From positions 37,295-101,294 of the forward strand of contig JACQMO010000015.1 in assembly GCA_016203535.1 (NCBI GenBank): a DNA stretch of 64,000 nucleotides. Direction: 5' to 3'. Positions 6,596-16,218 of this stretch are shown here, one piece after another. The notes under the pieces were generated by a model. The model was not told the origin of the DNA. It saw nothing but the letters and a program-made list of their open reading frames with translations, and searched no databases. The DNA comes from Candidatus Uhrbacteria bacterium. Lineage in GTDB: Bacteria > Patescibacteriota > Patescibacteriia > 2-12-FULL-60-25. Position 1 is the stretch's first letter. Every line of letters starts with the position of its first letter. Made by a program: the position numbers and the translations under genes.

Positions 6596-9310
6596 ATGCC
6601 GGACACGCTCCAGCCTGTTGCGATTGTCTGCGCGTCCTGCGGCGGTGATCCGCGCGCCTCGCAAACCTGCAAGATGTGCGGCGGCGCGGGGATCGGCGTC
6701 GCATCGCCGGACGGGTTTCTCGTCTGGAGCGAGCCCGTCGACGAGGGAACGATTTTTCTTCGCAAGATGCGGCGAACCGTGACGCAGGCGTTCCACGTCC
6801 TTCTCTTCTCGCTCGGATTGGGGAGCGCCATCCCGCTCATCTGGCGCATCATGACGCAGGACGAATTGAACGTCGCATTACGAGCGGCATTTTGGACGGA
6901 CGGCCATTGGACGCTCACGTTGTTTTGGGCCGGGATTCTTCTTGATTGCTTCCTGGTTTTCCGGCTGATCGAATATTCCCGCGAGGAAAAACCGCTTCCG
7001 ACATGGAAGCTTTCCAAGGGACGCCTCGCGGCCTATGACGCGGCCGCGCCGTCCCGCGCCGCGCACCGGTTCGACGTCGGCCCGTTTTTTTCACGCGACG
7101 CGAGGGAAATTTTAGAAACCTCCTACACCATTTCCAAGGATTTGCGCCGCACGGAAATTCGTCCGGAAGTGTTATTCGCCGCCGCGCTGACGAGTTCGTC
7201 CGGAGGAATTTTCCGCGCGCGGCTTGCCATGGATTTCGACAAGGTGAAGGAACCGCTCGCAAAATTCCTCGTGGCGGAATTGCCCGGCGGCAACCCGCCG
7301 ATCGCGCTCTCCCGCGAACTGAAACGGACGCTCGCGCTCGCGTATGCCGATGCGCGCTCCGAACGCCGGCAGTATGTCGGGCCGATGGAGTTGCTCCTCC
7401 AATCGTTTAAGGACAGCCCGAAACTGCAGGAATTGTTCGACCGGTTGGGATTCCCGCCGCTCCACGTCCAGCGTGTTGCCGAATGGATCCGGCTTCAGGA
7501 GCAGCTTCGGGAAGACCACCAGCGGTTCGTGGCGTTAGCTGCACTCAAGCCGAAATCCGGCATGAACCGCGCGATGACCGCACTTCAGGCGCCGCTTCTT
7601 GACAGATACAGCCAGGACCTCACGCTTGCCGCGCGCGCCGGTCAGTTGTCACCGCTCGTTGGCCGGGCACGCGTGTATGAGCTGATGCTGCAGGGGATTG
7701 AAAGCGGACGCCGGTCGGTTGTTCTGGTCGGGGAAACCGGCGTAGGAAAAACCGCATTGGTGGACGAGCTCGCGCGGCGGATGGTCGAAGAAGACGTGCC
7801 TCCGGAATTGTTCGACCGCCGGCTCGTCTCCATCAACCTGGCGCAACTCGTGGCCGCCGGCGACCCATCGCTCGCGGCTGAACGCCTGTTCGCGATGCTG
7901 CAAGAGGTCGGCGTGTCCGGAAATATCATTCTCGTCGCCGAGGGAATTGAGGCGCTTACGGGATTCGGTGGCGGCGGCCCGATGGATTTGGCCGAGATGT
8001 TCGCGTCCGAACTCCAAAAGGGCTATTTCATCACCATCGCGACGACGACGCCGGACGCGTGGACCAGCCACCTCGAACGCCGCACGCTCGGAACGAAACT
8101 CATTCGAGTGGACGTCCCGCCGCTCGAGGCGGACGATGCGCTCCGCGTACTCATGGCGAAAAGCGGCCGCATCGAAGTGGGGCAGAAGGTGTTCTGCTCG
8201 TACGCGGCGCTGGAAAAAACCGTCGCCCTCGCGCTGCGCTACATCCACGAGATCGCGTCGCCGGAAAATGCGTTGAACATCCTGCGCGAGGCCGCGGTCC
8301 GTGCGCGAAAAGCACGCGGCGAGCGGACGTTCGTCACGGCCGAGGACGTCGCCACGGTCGTGCAGGAGAAGACGCGGATCCCGGTCGAAGCCGTCGGCGC
8401 CCATGAAACCGAAAAACTTTTGTCCCTCGAAGACCATCTGCACGCGCGGCTCATCGGCCAGCACGAGGCGGTCACGGCGGTGGCGCAGTCGCTCCGACGG
8501 GCCCGAGCGGAATTGCGTGAAGGGAAGCGGCCGATCGCGAACTTTTTGTTCCTCGGCCCGACCGGCGTCGGAAAGACCGAACTCGCAAAGTCGCTCGCGG
8601 CCGAATATTTCGGCGACGAGAAGCTCATGATCCGCCAGGACATGTCGGAATACCAGGACCGTTCGTCCGTCACGCGGCTCATCGGCGCGCCCGGCGACCA
8701 GCGCGGCGGACTGCTCACCGAAGCCGTTCGACACAATCCGTTCTCGCTCATCCTGCTCGACGAAATCGAAAAAGCGAATCCGGACATCTTGAACCTGTTC
8801 CTGCAAGTCATGGACGACGGCCGGCTGACCGATGGCGTCGGCCGAACCGTGGATTTTACGAACGCCATGGTCATCATGACGTCGAACGCCGGGACGTCGT
8901 TCATCCAGGAAGAAACGACGAAGGGCACGCCGCTCGCGACGATCAAGACCGCGCTCATCGAACGGGAGTTGAAGGGTCTTTTCCGTCCGGAGTTCCTCAA
9001 CCGATTCGATGGGATCATCCTGTTCAAGCCGCTCACGCAGGATGAAGTGGCGCAAATCGCCTGGCTCCAAATCAACGCCATCGCCAAACGGCTGGAGGAA
9101 AAGGCGATCACGTTCACTGCGGAAGACACCGCCGTGGAACAGCTCGCCCGCGACGGGTTCGATCCGCTGTTCGGAGCTCGTCCGCTCCGGCGCGTGATAC
9201 AGGACAAGGTGGAAAACGGTTTGGCGGACCTTCTGCTCCGACAAGCCGTCGGTCGCGGCGATCGCGTCCGGTTGCAAGCCGACGGGACACTCAAGGTGGA
9301 AAAGGGGTAA
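6596..9310 (+). CDS. Clp/Hsp100-family double AAA+ ATPase with N-terminal CxxCxGxG zinc-finger and TM helices
   Basis: Two P-loops (GETGVGKT, GPTGVGKT), Walker B-2 LILLDEIEKA, sensor/arginine-finger GARPLRR and a Clp-N-like repeat. The N-terminus carries CASCGG..CKMCGGAG plus two hydrophobic helices. I placed the start at ATG 6596, 2 nt after the upstream stop. Confidence 0.9.
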   Translation: MPDTLQPVAIVCASCGGDPRASQTCKMCGGAGIGVASPDGFLVWSEPVDEGTIFLRKMRRTVTQAFHVLLFSLGLGSAIPLIWRIMTQDELNVALRAAFWTDGHWTLTLFWAGILLDCFLVFRLIEYSREEKPLPTWKLSKGRLAAYDAAAPSRAAHRFDVGPFFSRDAREILETSYTISKDLRRTEIRPEVLFAAALTSSSGGIFRARLAMDFDKVKEPLAKFLVAELPGGNPPIALSRELKRTLALAYADARSERRQYVGPMELLLQSFKDSPKLQELFDRLGFPPLHVQRVAEWIRLQEQLREDHQRFVALAALKPKSGMNRAMTALQAPLLDRYSQDLTLAARAGQLSPLVGRARVYELMLQGIESGRRSVVLVGETGVGKTALVDELARRMVEEDVPPELFDRRLVSINLAQLVAAGDPSLAAERLFAMLQEVGVSGNIILVAEGIEALTGFGGGGPMDLAEMFASELQKGYFITIATTTPDAWTSHLERRTLGTKLIRVDVPPLEADDALRVLMAKSGRIEVGQKVFCSYAALEKTVALALRYIHEIASPENALNILREAAVRARKARGERTFVTAEDVATVVQEKTRIPVEAVGAHETEKLLSLEDHLHARLIGQHEAVTAVAQSLRRARAELREGKRPIANFLFLGPTGVGKTELAKSLAAEYFGDEKLMIRQDMSEYQDRSSVTRLIGAPGDQRGGLLTEAVRHNPFSLILLDEIEKANPDILNLFLQVMDDGRLTDGVGRTVDFTNAMVIMTSNAGTSFIQEETTKGTPLATIKTALIERELKGLFRPEFLNRFDGIILFKPLTQDEVAQIAWLQINAIAKRLEEKAITFTAEDTAVEQLARDGFDPLFGARPLRRVIQDKVENGLADLLLRQAVGRGDRVRLQADGTLKVEKG

Positions 9311-9319
9311 GCTGGACGT

Positions 9320-10375
9320 ATGCCACGTGACATTGCGTTATTGGCGTCCGGCATCGTTGCCGCGTCATCCGCCGGGTTGTCGTATGTTTTTTCATTTGTT
9401 TCCGCTCATCATGCGGTACGTTTTGGCGCAATCGACAAGCCCACGGGCGGACGGAAAATCCATGCGGAACCGATTCCGCTTCTCGGCGGCGCCGGTATTG
9501 TGTGTGCGCTGCTCATCGCCATGGCCGCAGGTTCGCGGCTCGGATTATTGCCCGGAATTTCTCCGCGCCAACTCATCGGGTTCGCCGTAGCGCTCGTGAT
9601 TCTCGTCATCGGCGGCGCGCTTGACGATCTCCGGCCGCAGCCCGCGCTCCGGCAACTGATATTCCCGATCCTTGCCGCCGTTGCCGTGATCGTGAGTGGG
9701 ACGGGCATCGTTCAGGTGACCAGCTTGTCCGGCCCGAACGGGTTTTCGCTCGTGTGGTGGAAATCCTCCTCGCTTTCCCTTCCCGCGGATCTGCTTACCC
9801 TTTTGTGGCTTTTGTTCGCGACGTATGCGACAAAACTTCTCGATGGTCTCGACGGCCTCGTCGCCGGGATTGCGGTCATCGGTTCGTCCATGGTCGGTGC
9901 GCTGACGCTCTCGATCGCGTACTTCCAACCGGGCGTTGCCGCGCTCGCCGCAGCGGTCGGCGGTTCGTTCATGGGATTTTTACCGAGGAACGCGCATCCG
10001 GCCAAGCAATTTTTAGGGGAAGCGGGGAGTACCATGGCCGGTTTTTCGCTCGGGTTTCTCGCGATCGTTTCGAGCGCGAAGGTTGCCATCGCCCTCTCCG
10101 TTCTCGCGATTCCGCTGGCAGATGCCGTCTTCGTGGTCGTCGGTCGTCTGCGGCGCGGCCTCCCGCCATGGAAGGGGGATGCGACGCATCTTCACTTCCG
10201 TCTTCTCGATGCGGGAATTTCTCATCGTACGGCCGTCGTTCTCCTCTGGGCCGCGTCGTTCGCCGCCGGCGTCGCGGCGCTTACCCTTCAGACGCGCGGA
10301 AAATTATTTCTCGTAGGATCCCTCGTCGTCCTGACTGGTCTCCTATCTTGGGTCATGAACCGCCGCCGCGTATGA
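9320..10375 (+). CDS. Polyprenyl-phosphate sugar-phosphate transferase, GT4 (WecA/TagO/MraY) family
   Basis: About 10 TM helices; motifs GGALDDL, KLLDGLDGLVAG and HLHFRLL resemble WecA/TagO more than MraY. Confidence 0.85.
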   Translation: MPRDIALLASGIVAASSAGLSYVFSFVSAHHAVRFGAIDKPTGGRKIHAEPIPLLGGAGIVCALLIAMAAGSRLGLLPGISPRQLIGFAVALVILVIGGALDDLRPQPALRQLIFPILAAVAVIVSGTGIVQVTSLSGPNGFSLVWWKSSSLSLPADLLTLLWLLFATYATKLLDGLDGLVAGIAVIGSSMVGALTLSIAYFQPGVAALAAAVGGSFMGFLPRNAHPAKQFLGEAGSTMAGFSLGFLAIVSSAKVAIALSVLAIPLADAVFVVVGRLRRGLPPWKGDATHLHFRLLDAGISHRTAVVLLWAASFAAGVAALTLQTRGKLFLVGSLVVLTGLLSWVMNRRRV

Positions 10376-10851
10376 CTCGTTCTTCCGCACGGCAACATCC
10401 TGCGTTCCATGCTCGTGCTTTGGTGGGTGTTTTTTTGGTCATCCTGCTGATCGGACTTTTCATCATCGCGCGCGGCGCATCCGCGCCATTGCCGTCACGG
10501 ACGGTCGTTGATCTTACGGCGCTGACATTCGATGTTGCCGACACCGATGCGCTGCGGCGGCAGGGACTTTCCGGCCGCGCCTCCCTCGCGCCGTTTGACG
10601 GGATGCGATTCGTCTTCGGCGCGTCCGGTATCTATCCGTTCTGGATGAAGGACATGACTTTTCCGATCGATATCGTGTGGCTCGACAACGGGATCGTCGT
10701 GGATGTCGTCACGCTTCCGCCGCCCTCGAACGGCGCCATTCCCGTCACGCACATTCCGACGCACGCGGCAGATGAGGTTCTGGAGTTTCCGGCCGGCCGC
10801 GCCGCCGCGATGGATCTGCGTCCCGGCACGCGCGTTATTTTACCAAGGTAA
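10372..10851 (+). CDS. DUF192 (COG1430) family protein with N-terminal TM/signal anchor
   Basis: ATGA overlap with the upstream gene. The GL.GR..L....GM.F.F.....FWMKDM.FPIDIVWLD pattern is typical of DUF192. Confidence 0.75.
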   Translation: MTRSSARQHPAFHARALVGVFLVILLIGLFIIARGASAPLPSRTVVDLTALTFDVADTDALRRQGLSGRASLAPFDGMRFVFGASGIYPFWMKDMTFPIDIVWLDNGIVVDVVTLPPPSNGAIPVTHIPTHAADEVLEFPAGRAAAMDLRPGTRVILPR

Positions 10852-10872
10852 TTTCTGCGAATCGTTGGTGAT

Positions 10873-10920
10873 AAAAAACCCATCAGATTGTCCCGATCGG
10901 GACATGTTGATGGGTTTTTT
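10873..10920. terminator. Bidirectional rho-independent terminator between convergent genes
   Basis: AAAAAACCCATCA...TGATGGGTTTTTT gives a 9-bp outer stem plus the inner palindrome GTCCCGATCGGGAC, flanked by an A-tract and a T-tract. Confidence 0.7.
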
Positions 10921-11731
10921 ATTTGGACAACATCCCTTTCATGAATTCCACCGCTTCTTTGCCGAGTTCTTCCGACCGCAAGGCCATGGCGATGTTCGCT
11001 TCGAGCCAGCCGAGCTTGGTTCCGACGTCGAAATAGTCGCCGTCGAGCTGACATCCGTAGAAGGGGCGGTCGGCCATCAGAAGACGAAACGCATCCGTGA
11101 GCTGAAATTCTCCGTTCGCCGCAGGGCCGATTCGGTTGATCGCATCAAAGATGTCGGGAGTAAGAATATAGGCACCGATCGAGGCGAGGCGCGACGGCGC
11201 GCGTTCCGGACCAGGCTTTTCGGAGAAATCAAACACGCGAAACGTCTGATCCGTTTTCGGCGAACGCGGATCCACGATTCCGTATCGCTTCGTGCCCGCA
11301 TCATCCGTTCGGATGACGCCGAGCATCGGGTCACCTGTTTTTTCAAATGCGTTGATGAGTTGGCGGATCCGGGGAACTTCCGCGACAAACAACTCATCCC
11401 CGAGAAGGACGGCGAACGGTTCATCGCCGATGAAACTCTTCGCGTTCAAGATGGGCGTGGCGCTGCCATATGGTCCGATTTGGGTCATGAAACGAAGATG
11501 AGGTTTCAGTTCCGGAATGTCCGACAGGTATTCTTGAAGCGAACGCTTCGTCTCATTCGTCACGAGCAGAATTTCCTCGATCCCCGAGGCGAGCGCCTCT
11601 TCCACGACGTATTGAATAATCGGCTTATCCAACACCGGCACGAGCTCTTTCGGAATCGTCTTCGTGAGCGGCAGGAATCGCGTGCCATATCCGGCCACGG
11701 GGATCACGGCTTTTCGGATGTGGGGTTGCAT
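10919..11731 (-). CDS. galU: UTP--glucose-1-phosphate uridylyltransferase
   Basis: KAVIPVAGYGTRFLPLTKTIPKELVPV N-terminal signature and LLGDE motif. Confidence 0.9.
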   Translation of the reverse strand: MQPHIRKAVIPVAGYGTRFLPLTKTIPKELVPVLDKPIIQYVVEEALASGIEEILLVTNETKRSLQEYLSDIPELKPHLRFMTQIGPYGSATPILNAKSFIGDEPFAVLLGDELFVAEVPRIRQLINAFEKTGDPMLGVIRTDDAGTKRYGIVDPRSPKTDQTFRVFDFSEKPGPERAPSRLASIGAYILTPDIFDAINRIGPAANGEFQLTDAFRLLMADRPFYGCQLDGDYFDVGTKLGWLEANIAMALRSEELGKEAVEFMKGMLSK

Positions 11732-11813
11732 ACGCGATTCGATGATGACTGATTTTGCTAAAAAGAAAAAGCTCCGAGCTCGGCGGGTAGCCGTTGCGTC
11801 GGAGCGTTGAGGT

Positions 11814-12710
11814 CTACGCGGGGTAGACGTACTTCAGGAGGATCCGCGCGGGGTCGGCGGCGTCCGGTGCGATGGGCGCGCCTTCGTTCACGTCGTGTCC
11901 GGCCTTGCGGAAGACGTCCACCATGGCGGTCGTGTCGCCCTCGATCGCTTTCAGGACCGACGCCACGGGCGCCCAGAGCGCTTTTCCACCCTTCCATTCG
12001 AACGAGTCGGTTACGTCTCCCGAGGAAGCCGCGTCGGCAACACTGACGAAGGTCGTGCTTCCCGCATTCGGATGATGGCCGATGGCGTAGCCGGGACACA
12101 TCCCGGTAAGCTCGATGCCGCATTCCTCCTTCATCTGACGGCGTGCGGCTTGTTCGATGGTCTCGCCGGGTTTTACGAGTCCGCCCGGGAAGCTCACGGT
12201 TCCGACGTGACGGCCGGCGAGCTCCTTCGAGCGGATACCCACGAGCACATGCGACTCGCCGTTCGCGTCCCAGCGGCGGGCGAGGGTGAGGATCCCGAAC
12301 GTCCACGGCAAGAGCGTCGGACCCAGCCGGAGGAAATCCTCCACCGTTGCCCCATCTTCGAGGAGGAGGGCGCGAATGAGCGCGAACGCATCCCAGAAAC
12401 GTCGAGCCGAGAAGTACGTTGTCTCTCCTCGTGAGAACCGCATGGAGTCTGCGCGGACACAGCGTAATTTTTGTTCGGTACCCACGATCACCGTGTCCTC
12501 ATGCCACCAGTAGAATCGCTCCTCGTCCGGGACGGCGGTGTCTTCGAGCGAAGAGAGGGACGGCCACGAGAGCATGGCGGCCTGCGGTCCGTCGAACAGC
12601 TTCTTGCCGCTCGCGATGTCGTCGTCTTCCTTGGCTTTCGCCTTGGCGTACGCCTCCTCCTTGATGCGGTCGATGGTTTCTTGCACTTTGGAACTGATCG
12701 AATATGGCAC
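11814..12710 (-). CDS. NUDIX hydrolase with about 110-aa N-terminal extension of unknown function
   Basis: Nudix box GGLVKPGETIEQAARRQMKEECGIE. GTG start preceded by AAGGAG at a 7-nt spacing. Confidence 0.8.
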   Translation of the reverse strand: MPYSISSKVQETIDRIKEEAYAKAKAKEDDDIASGKKLFDGPQAAMLSWPSLSSLEDTAVPDEERFYWWHEDTVIVGTEQKLRCVRADSMRFSRGETTYFSARRFWDAFALIRALLLEDGATVEDFLRLGPTLLPWTFGILTLARRWDANGESHVLVGIRSKELAGRHVGTVSFPGGLVKPGETIEQAARRQMKEECGIELTGMCPGYAIGHHPNAGSTTFVSVADAASSGDVTDSFEWKGGKALWAPVASVLKAIEGDTTAMVDVFRKAGHDVNEGAPIAPDAADPARILLKYVYPA

Positions 12711-12788
12711 TACGGATCTCCTTCAGGGTCAAAGGACTGCGTCGTGTATAGCTGAAAAAGGGAGATTCGTCAAGGTTCGCGTTGATTC

Positions 12789-12817
12789 TTGACGGGTCAA
12801 GTTTTTTGGCGTATATC
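12789..12817 (+). promoter_or_regulatory. Sigma70-type promoter (TTGACG-17 nt-TATATC)
   Basis: Exact 17-nt spacer, 35 nt upstream of the ATG at 12852, which has a GGGGAG RBS. Confidence 0.5.
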
Positions 12818-12851
12818 TCACCTTGTACTTTCAACAAGGGGAGAACATCAC

Positions 12852-13796
12852 ATGGGTGGCGAATCAAAGCGATCACGCGACATGGGTTGGGCAAACTTCG
12901 CTCGCCCGAACACGCTGATCAGCGAGCGTGATATGGCGACGCTGCTGCGAAAGGGCGTCATCAAAAAAATTCAATGGGTGTACGGCGAGGACGATGTTGT
13001 AGGCATGCATTGGGGCTTCCTGGACGTCTACCACTATGAAATCCATGACCTCGACGCCGTCGTCGCCCTTCTCGGCCCGTATCAGCGTCTGATCCAGACG
13101 GAGAGCGGGTATGGGCGGGCAAAGCTCGAAGCGCATTGGTCAGATGACAAGGGCCGAGAATTCACGGCATCGGTTCCCGCCGGTGTGCTGATCAAGCAGG
13201 GGTTTGACTACGAGGTTCAATTCTCGAACGCGGTGACCTTCAAGGATCGTTTGTACGGGATTTTTCGTTTTCGACCCGACCAAAACTCGAGTTGGAATGT
13301 AGAGGACTGGCTCGCGTGGCTCGAAGACACCGAGTGCAATTTTCCCGCCCGTTTCACGGATTTGGGGAACTGCCTACCAGAAGACCTGAAGCAGCAGATA
13401 GGGGACAGTCTGCCAAAGGTTCGCCGTCCGGAGCGCGTCCTCCGTAACCATCGGGATCGGCTGGAAACGGCGCTGAGAATTTTTCAGCGTATTTCGGGTG
13501 AACTATCCGGTCGACGGAATCCTTACGGGGTCCTTACGCCTCAAAAGCTCCTGACTGAAATCGAGGAGACGCTCGCCGGACTTGCAGAGAATGCAGGGGA
13601 GCCATTTTTTAAGTCGAAACGAGCGGGAGCAGCTTGGGAAATCTCACCCTTCATCTACCCGCCCGAGTGGCATCGGGATTCCCGTCTCACCGCGTCCGAT
13701 GAACGTATGCGGACGAAAAATATCGATCTATCAAAACAGGTTCGCCGTGAGGCACGGCGGCTTCGCTCGAAGATACGCTCGCTTCGGACGTCGTGA
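12852..13796 (+). CDS. Hypothetical protein (no recognisable family)
   Basis: 314-aa ORF with protein-like composition and its own promoter and RBS. The C-terminal third is a basic helical tail. Confidence 0.6.
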   Translation: MGGESKRSRDMGWANFARPNTLISERDMATLLRKGVIKKIQWVYGEDDVVGMHWGFLDVYHYEIHDLDAVVALLGPYQRLIQTESGYGRAKLEAHWSDDKGREFTASVPAGVLIKQGFDYEVQFSNAVTFKDRLYGIFRFRPDQNSSWNVEDWLAWLEDTECNFPARFTDLGNCLPEDLKQQIGDSLPKVRRPERVLRNHRDRLETALRIFQRISGELSGRRNPYGVLTPQKLLTEIEETLAGLAENAGEPFFKSKRAGAAWEISPFIYPPEWHRDSRLTASDERMRTKNIDLSKQVRREARRLRSKIRSLRTS

Positions 13797-13869
13797 ACGT
13801 GGCCCATCGGCCGCGTTTTTTTCTAAATACGGTTGACGTATATGCGGTTTTTCGACAAACTGCGTGTAT

Positions 13870-14421
13870 ATGGATTCATCGAAACGTGGGCCATTTACCA
13901 TTAAGGGCACTCGAGAAATTTATAGCAATCCGTGGATTCATGTATCGGAAGATTCCGTTGAAAGGCCTGATGGGAGTACGGGCATCTTCGGCATCGTCGA
14001 CATTATTCCCGGCGTTACGATCGTTGCCATGGATGAGAAAAATAACGTATTACTCAGTCATGAATTTCGTTATGCCGTGAACCGTGTTTCGATCGAGCTG
14101 ATCAGTGGAGGTATGGAAGCAGGGGAGGATCCGTTGGATTGCGCCAAGCGTGAACTCGAAGAAGAGGCGGGTGTCATCGCCGAGAAATGGGTATCACTCG
14201 GATGTCTTGATCCGTTTACGTCGGTGATACGTTCACCAAACTGGATGTTTCTTGCACGAGGTTTTCACGAAGGTAAAACAGCATCTGATTCAAGTGAAAT
14301 TTTGAGCATTGAACGGGTCCCTTTTTCGGAGGTATTACAAATGGTGATGGATGGGAAGATTTCACACGGTGCAAGCAGCGTCGCCGTGCTTAAAGTATCC
14401 CGCTATTTAGGCCTCTCGTGA
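13870..14421 (+). CDS. NUDIX hydrolase (ADP-ribose pyrophosphatase-like)
   Basis: Nudix box GGMEAGEDPLDCAKRELEEEAGV. A GTG at 13864 is an alternative start. Confidence 0.8.
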   Translation: MDSSKRGPFTIKGTREIYSNPWIHVSEDSVERPDGSTGIFGIVDIIPGVTIVAMDEKNNVLLSHEFRYAVNRVSIELISGGMEAGEDPLDCAKRELEEEAGVIAEKWVSLGCLDPFTSVIRSPNWMFLARGFHEGKTASDSSEILSIERVPFSEVLQMVMDGKISHGASSVAVLKVSRYLGLS

Positions 14422-14426
14422 AGGTT

Positions 14427-14455
14427 TTGACATTTCTTTATATCTCCTTTATCCT
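14427..14455 (+). promoter_or_regulatory. Sigma70-type promoter of rplU (TTGACA-17 nt-TATCCT)
   Basis: Consensus -35 with an exact 17-nt spacer. The ATG lies 10 nt after the -10, giving a very short or absent leader. Confidence 0.55.
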
Positions 14456-14464
14456 CTCCGCACT

Positions 14465-14773
14465 ATGTTTGCCGTCATCGCAACCGGAGGGAAGCAGTAC
14501 CTCGTGAAGGAAGGGGACGTGTTGAAGATCGAGAAGCTTCCGGCCGAGAAGGGCGGCGCCGTTTCGTTCGACGTGTTGCTCGTGGCCGAGGACGACGGTT
14601 CGAAGGTCGAGATCGGCGCGCCGAAGCTTGCCGCAAAGGTTTCCGCGGAAGTGATGGAACAGGGCCGCTCCAAGAAAATTTCCGTCGTGAAATATAAGCC
14701 GAAGGTGCGGTACAAAAAGCGTGTCGGTCACCGCCAGCATTTTACCAGCGTAAAAATCACAAAAATCGCATAA
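14465..14773 (+). CDS. rplU: 50S ribosomal protein L21
   Basis: MFAVIATGGKQYLVKEGDVLKIEKL...KYKPKVRYKKRVGHRQ. Confidence 0.95.
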   Translation: MFAVIATGGKQYLVKEGDVLKIEKLPAEKGGAVSFDVLLVAEDDGSKVEIGAPKLAAKVSAEVMEQGRSKKISVVKYKPKVRYKKRVGHRQHFTSVKITKIA

Positions 14774-14847
14774 GCAGCGATTTTTTGATGGTAAGAAAAA
14801 AAGCCCTGATTCGATGATCCGTCGAACCGGGGCTGATATGAGATCTT

Positions 14848-16218
14848 CTACTCGTTGTGGATCCAGTGAGCTTGTCCCGGATTTTCAAGATCGAAGATGA
14901 TGGCGCACAGGCCCTGGTCGTGCCAAGCGCCGGGCTGCATGCAGAGGGTGCCGTCCACGGTTTCCCGCCACACACCACCGTTCAGGAAGGGCGCCTCGTG
15001 GATATGGCCGGACAGCACCAGGTGCTTACGGCTTTTTCCGAGCCAGCGACGCATTCCGAGGCTGCCGTAGTGGTTGTCATTGAAGCTTTGGTCGAGGTGG
15101 GTCTGCGCTGGAGGAGTGTGGACGACGAAAATCGTCTTCTCCGGGTCGGAACCGGTTTCGAGCTTGGAAAGTTCTCCCTCGATTTCTTCCTCTGGTTTAT
15201 CCCAGCCACGATAGAATAAACCTTCTCCCATGTGGACGAACGGGTACCCGGCGATTTTCAAGCCGTTTCCCAACTCGACCGTTCTTTCCGAGATGGAAGT
15301 AATGAGCCCCTTATGTTCGAGGCGTTCAATGGACTCTCTGCACTCGACGACATCGTCGTTCCCTAGAATCAGGAGAACCCGACCACCGGGAACATCCTCC
15401 TTGAATTTTTTGATCCGCGAGGCCAGGTAGTACTTGATGAAGTTCTTTTGCGGTTGTATTGCCCGATGCAGTTCGCGTGCCTTATCTGCCCAGGTTTTCA
15501 AGGGATGAAGCTGCGCCGCGCTCAAGGCGAATGATTTCACGCTGTCCGTGCTAACTCGGACTTCGGGAGTATTGGTGTACAACTCCTGCAGGCCGGCGAG
15601 GCATCGTTGAACCTCCGCCGGTTCGCACTGGAGCAGCTCCTTCGCCGTCTGCCAAAGTGCTGTCCGGACAAGGCCCAATCTTTTTTCATGCTCCAGGGAG
15701 AGGGTTTTTGCTCGAAACGCCTTCAGGATCGTCTCCTTGTCAATCCCAGGGTTCATCTTTACCCGGTTCAGAGCATGTTCGAAGTACCGCCATTCTTCAT
15801 CTGAGATGATGAATCTCACCTTCCCGATGGACGCCGTGCGCTCCGATGGTCCTTCCAGGATCCGACAGAGGATTTTCTGCTCACTGAACAAATTTTTCCA
15901 CGACATCGACTTCCCCGTGTGGACGATGAACCCTCCAAGTCCGACGAAATGCTTTTCAGCCTCATGCTTCTTCTTCACCAAGAGCTCGATTTCTTCGAGG
16001 AAGCGGACGTACGTATGACCGTTTTCATCGGGCCGGAAATGCTTCGGCGTCAGGGGGATTAAGGATTGGCCAGAGAAGGAGAGAATCGGCCATTTTGGTG
16101 TAAGATCGCCTCCCAGGATAACGGTTCGAATTCCCTCCTGGGCGGCCATGGAGAACAGCCGGTCATAGGCGTACTTGTTTCCATGCAAGTCGGAGGCAAA
16201 AATCGCCTGTTCACTCAT
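14848..16218 (-). CDS. Calcineurin-like metallophosphoesterase with large helical insert
   Basis: MPE motifs SDLHGN, GGDLTP, LGNDD, VHTPP and SGHIHE. About 180 aa are inserted between motifs II and III. I placed the start at ATG 16218, which makes an ATGA overlap with the upstream gene. Confidence 0.8.
   Translation of the reverse strand: MSEQAIFASDLHGNKYAYDRLFSMAAQEGIRTVILGGDLTPKWPILSFSGQSLIPLTPKHFRPDENGHTYVRFLEEIELLVKKKHEAEKHFVGLGGFIVHTGKSMSWKNLFSEQKILCRILEGPSERTASIGKVRFIISDEEWRYFEHALNRVKMNPGIDKETILKAFRAKTLSLEHEKRLGLVRTALWQTAKELLQCEPAEVQRCLAGLQELYTNTPEVRVSTDSVKSFALSAAQLHPLKTWADKARELHRAIQPQKNFIKYYLASRIKKFKEDVPGGRVLLILGNDDVVECRESIERLEHKGLITSISERTVELGNGLKIAGYPFVHMGEGLFYRGWDKPEEEIEGELSKLETGSDPEKTIFVVHTPPAQTHLDQSFNDNHYGSLGMRRWLGKSRKHLVLSGHIHEAPFLNGGVWRETVDGTLCMQPGAWHDQGLCAIIFDLENPGQAHWIHNE

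Noticed and set aside
7649-9277. 542-aa ORF on the minus strand opposite the Clp/Hsp100 gene
   Set aside because: It lies wholly inside a gene with unmistakable AAA+ motifs. The translation is Arg/Asp/Glu/Pro-rich with no motifs, which is typical of stop-poor antisense frames in G+C-rich DNA.
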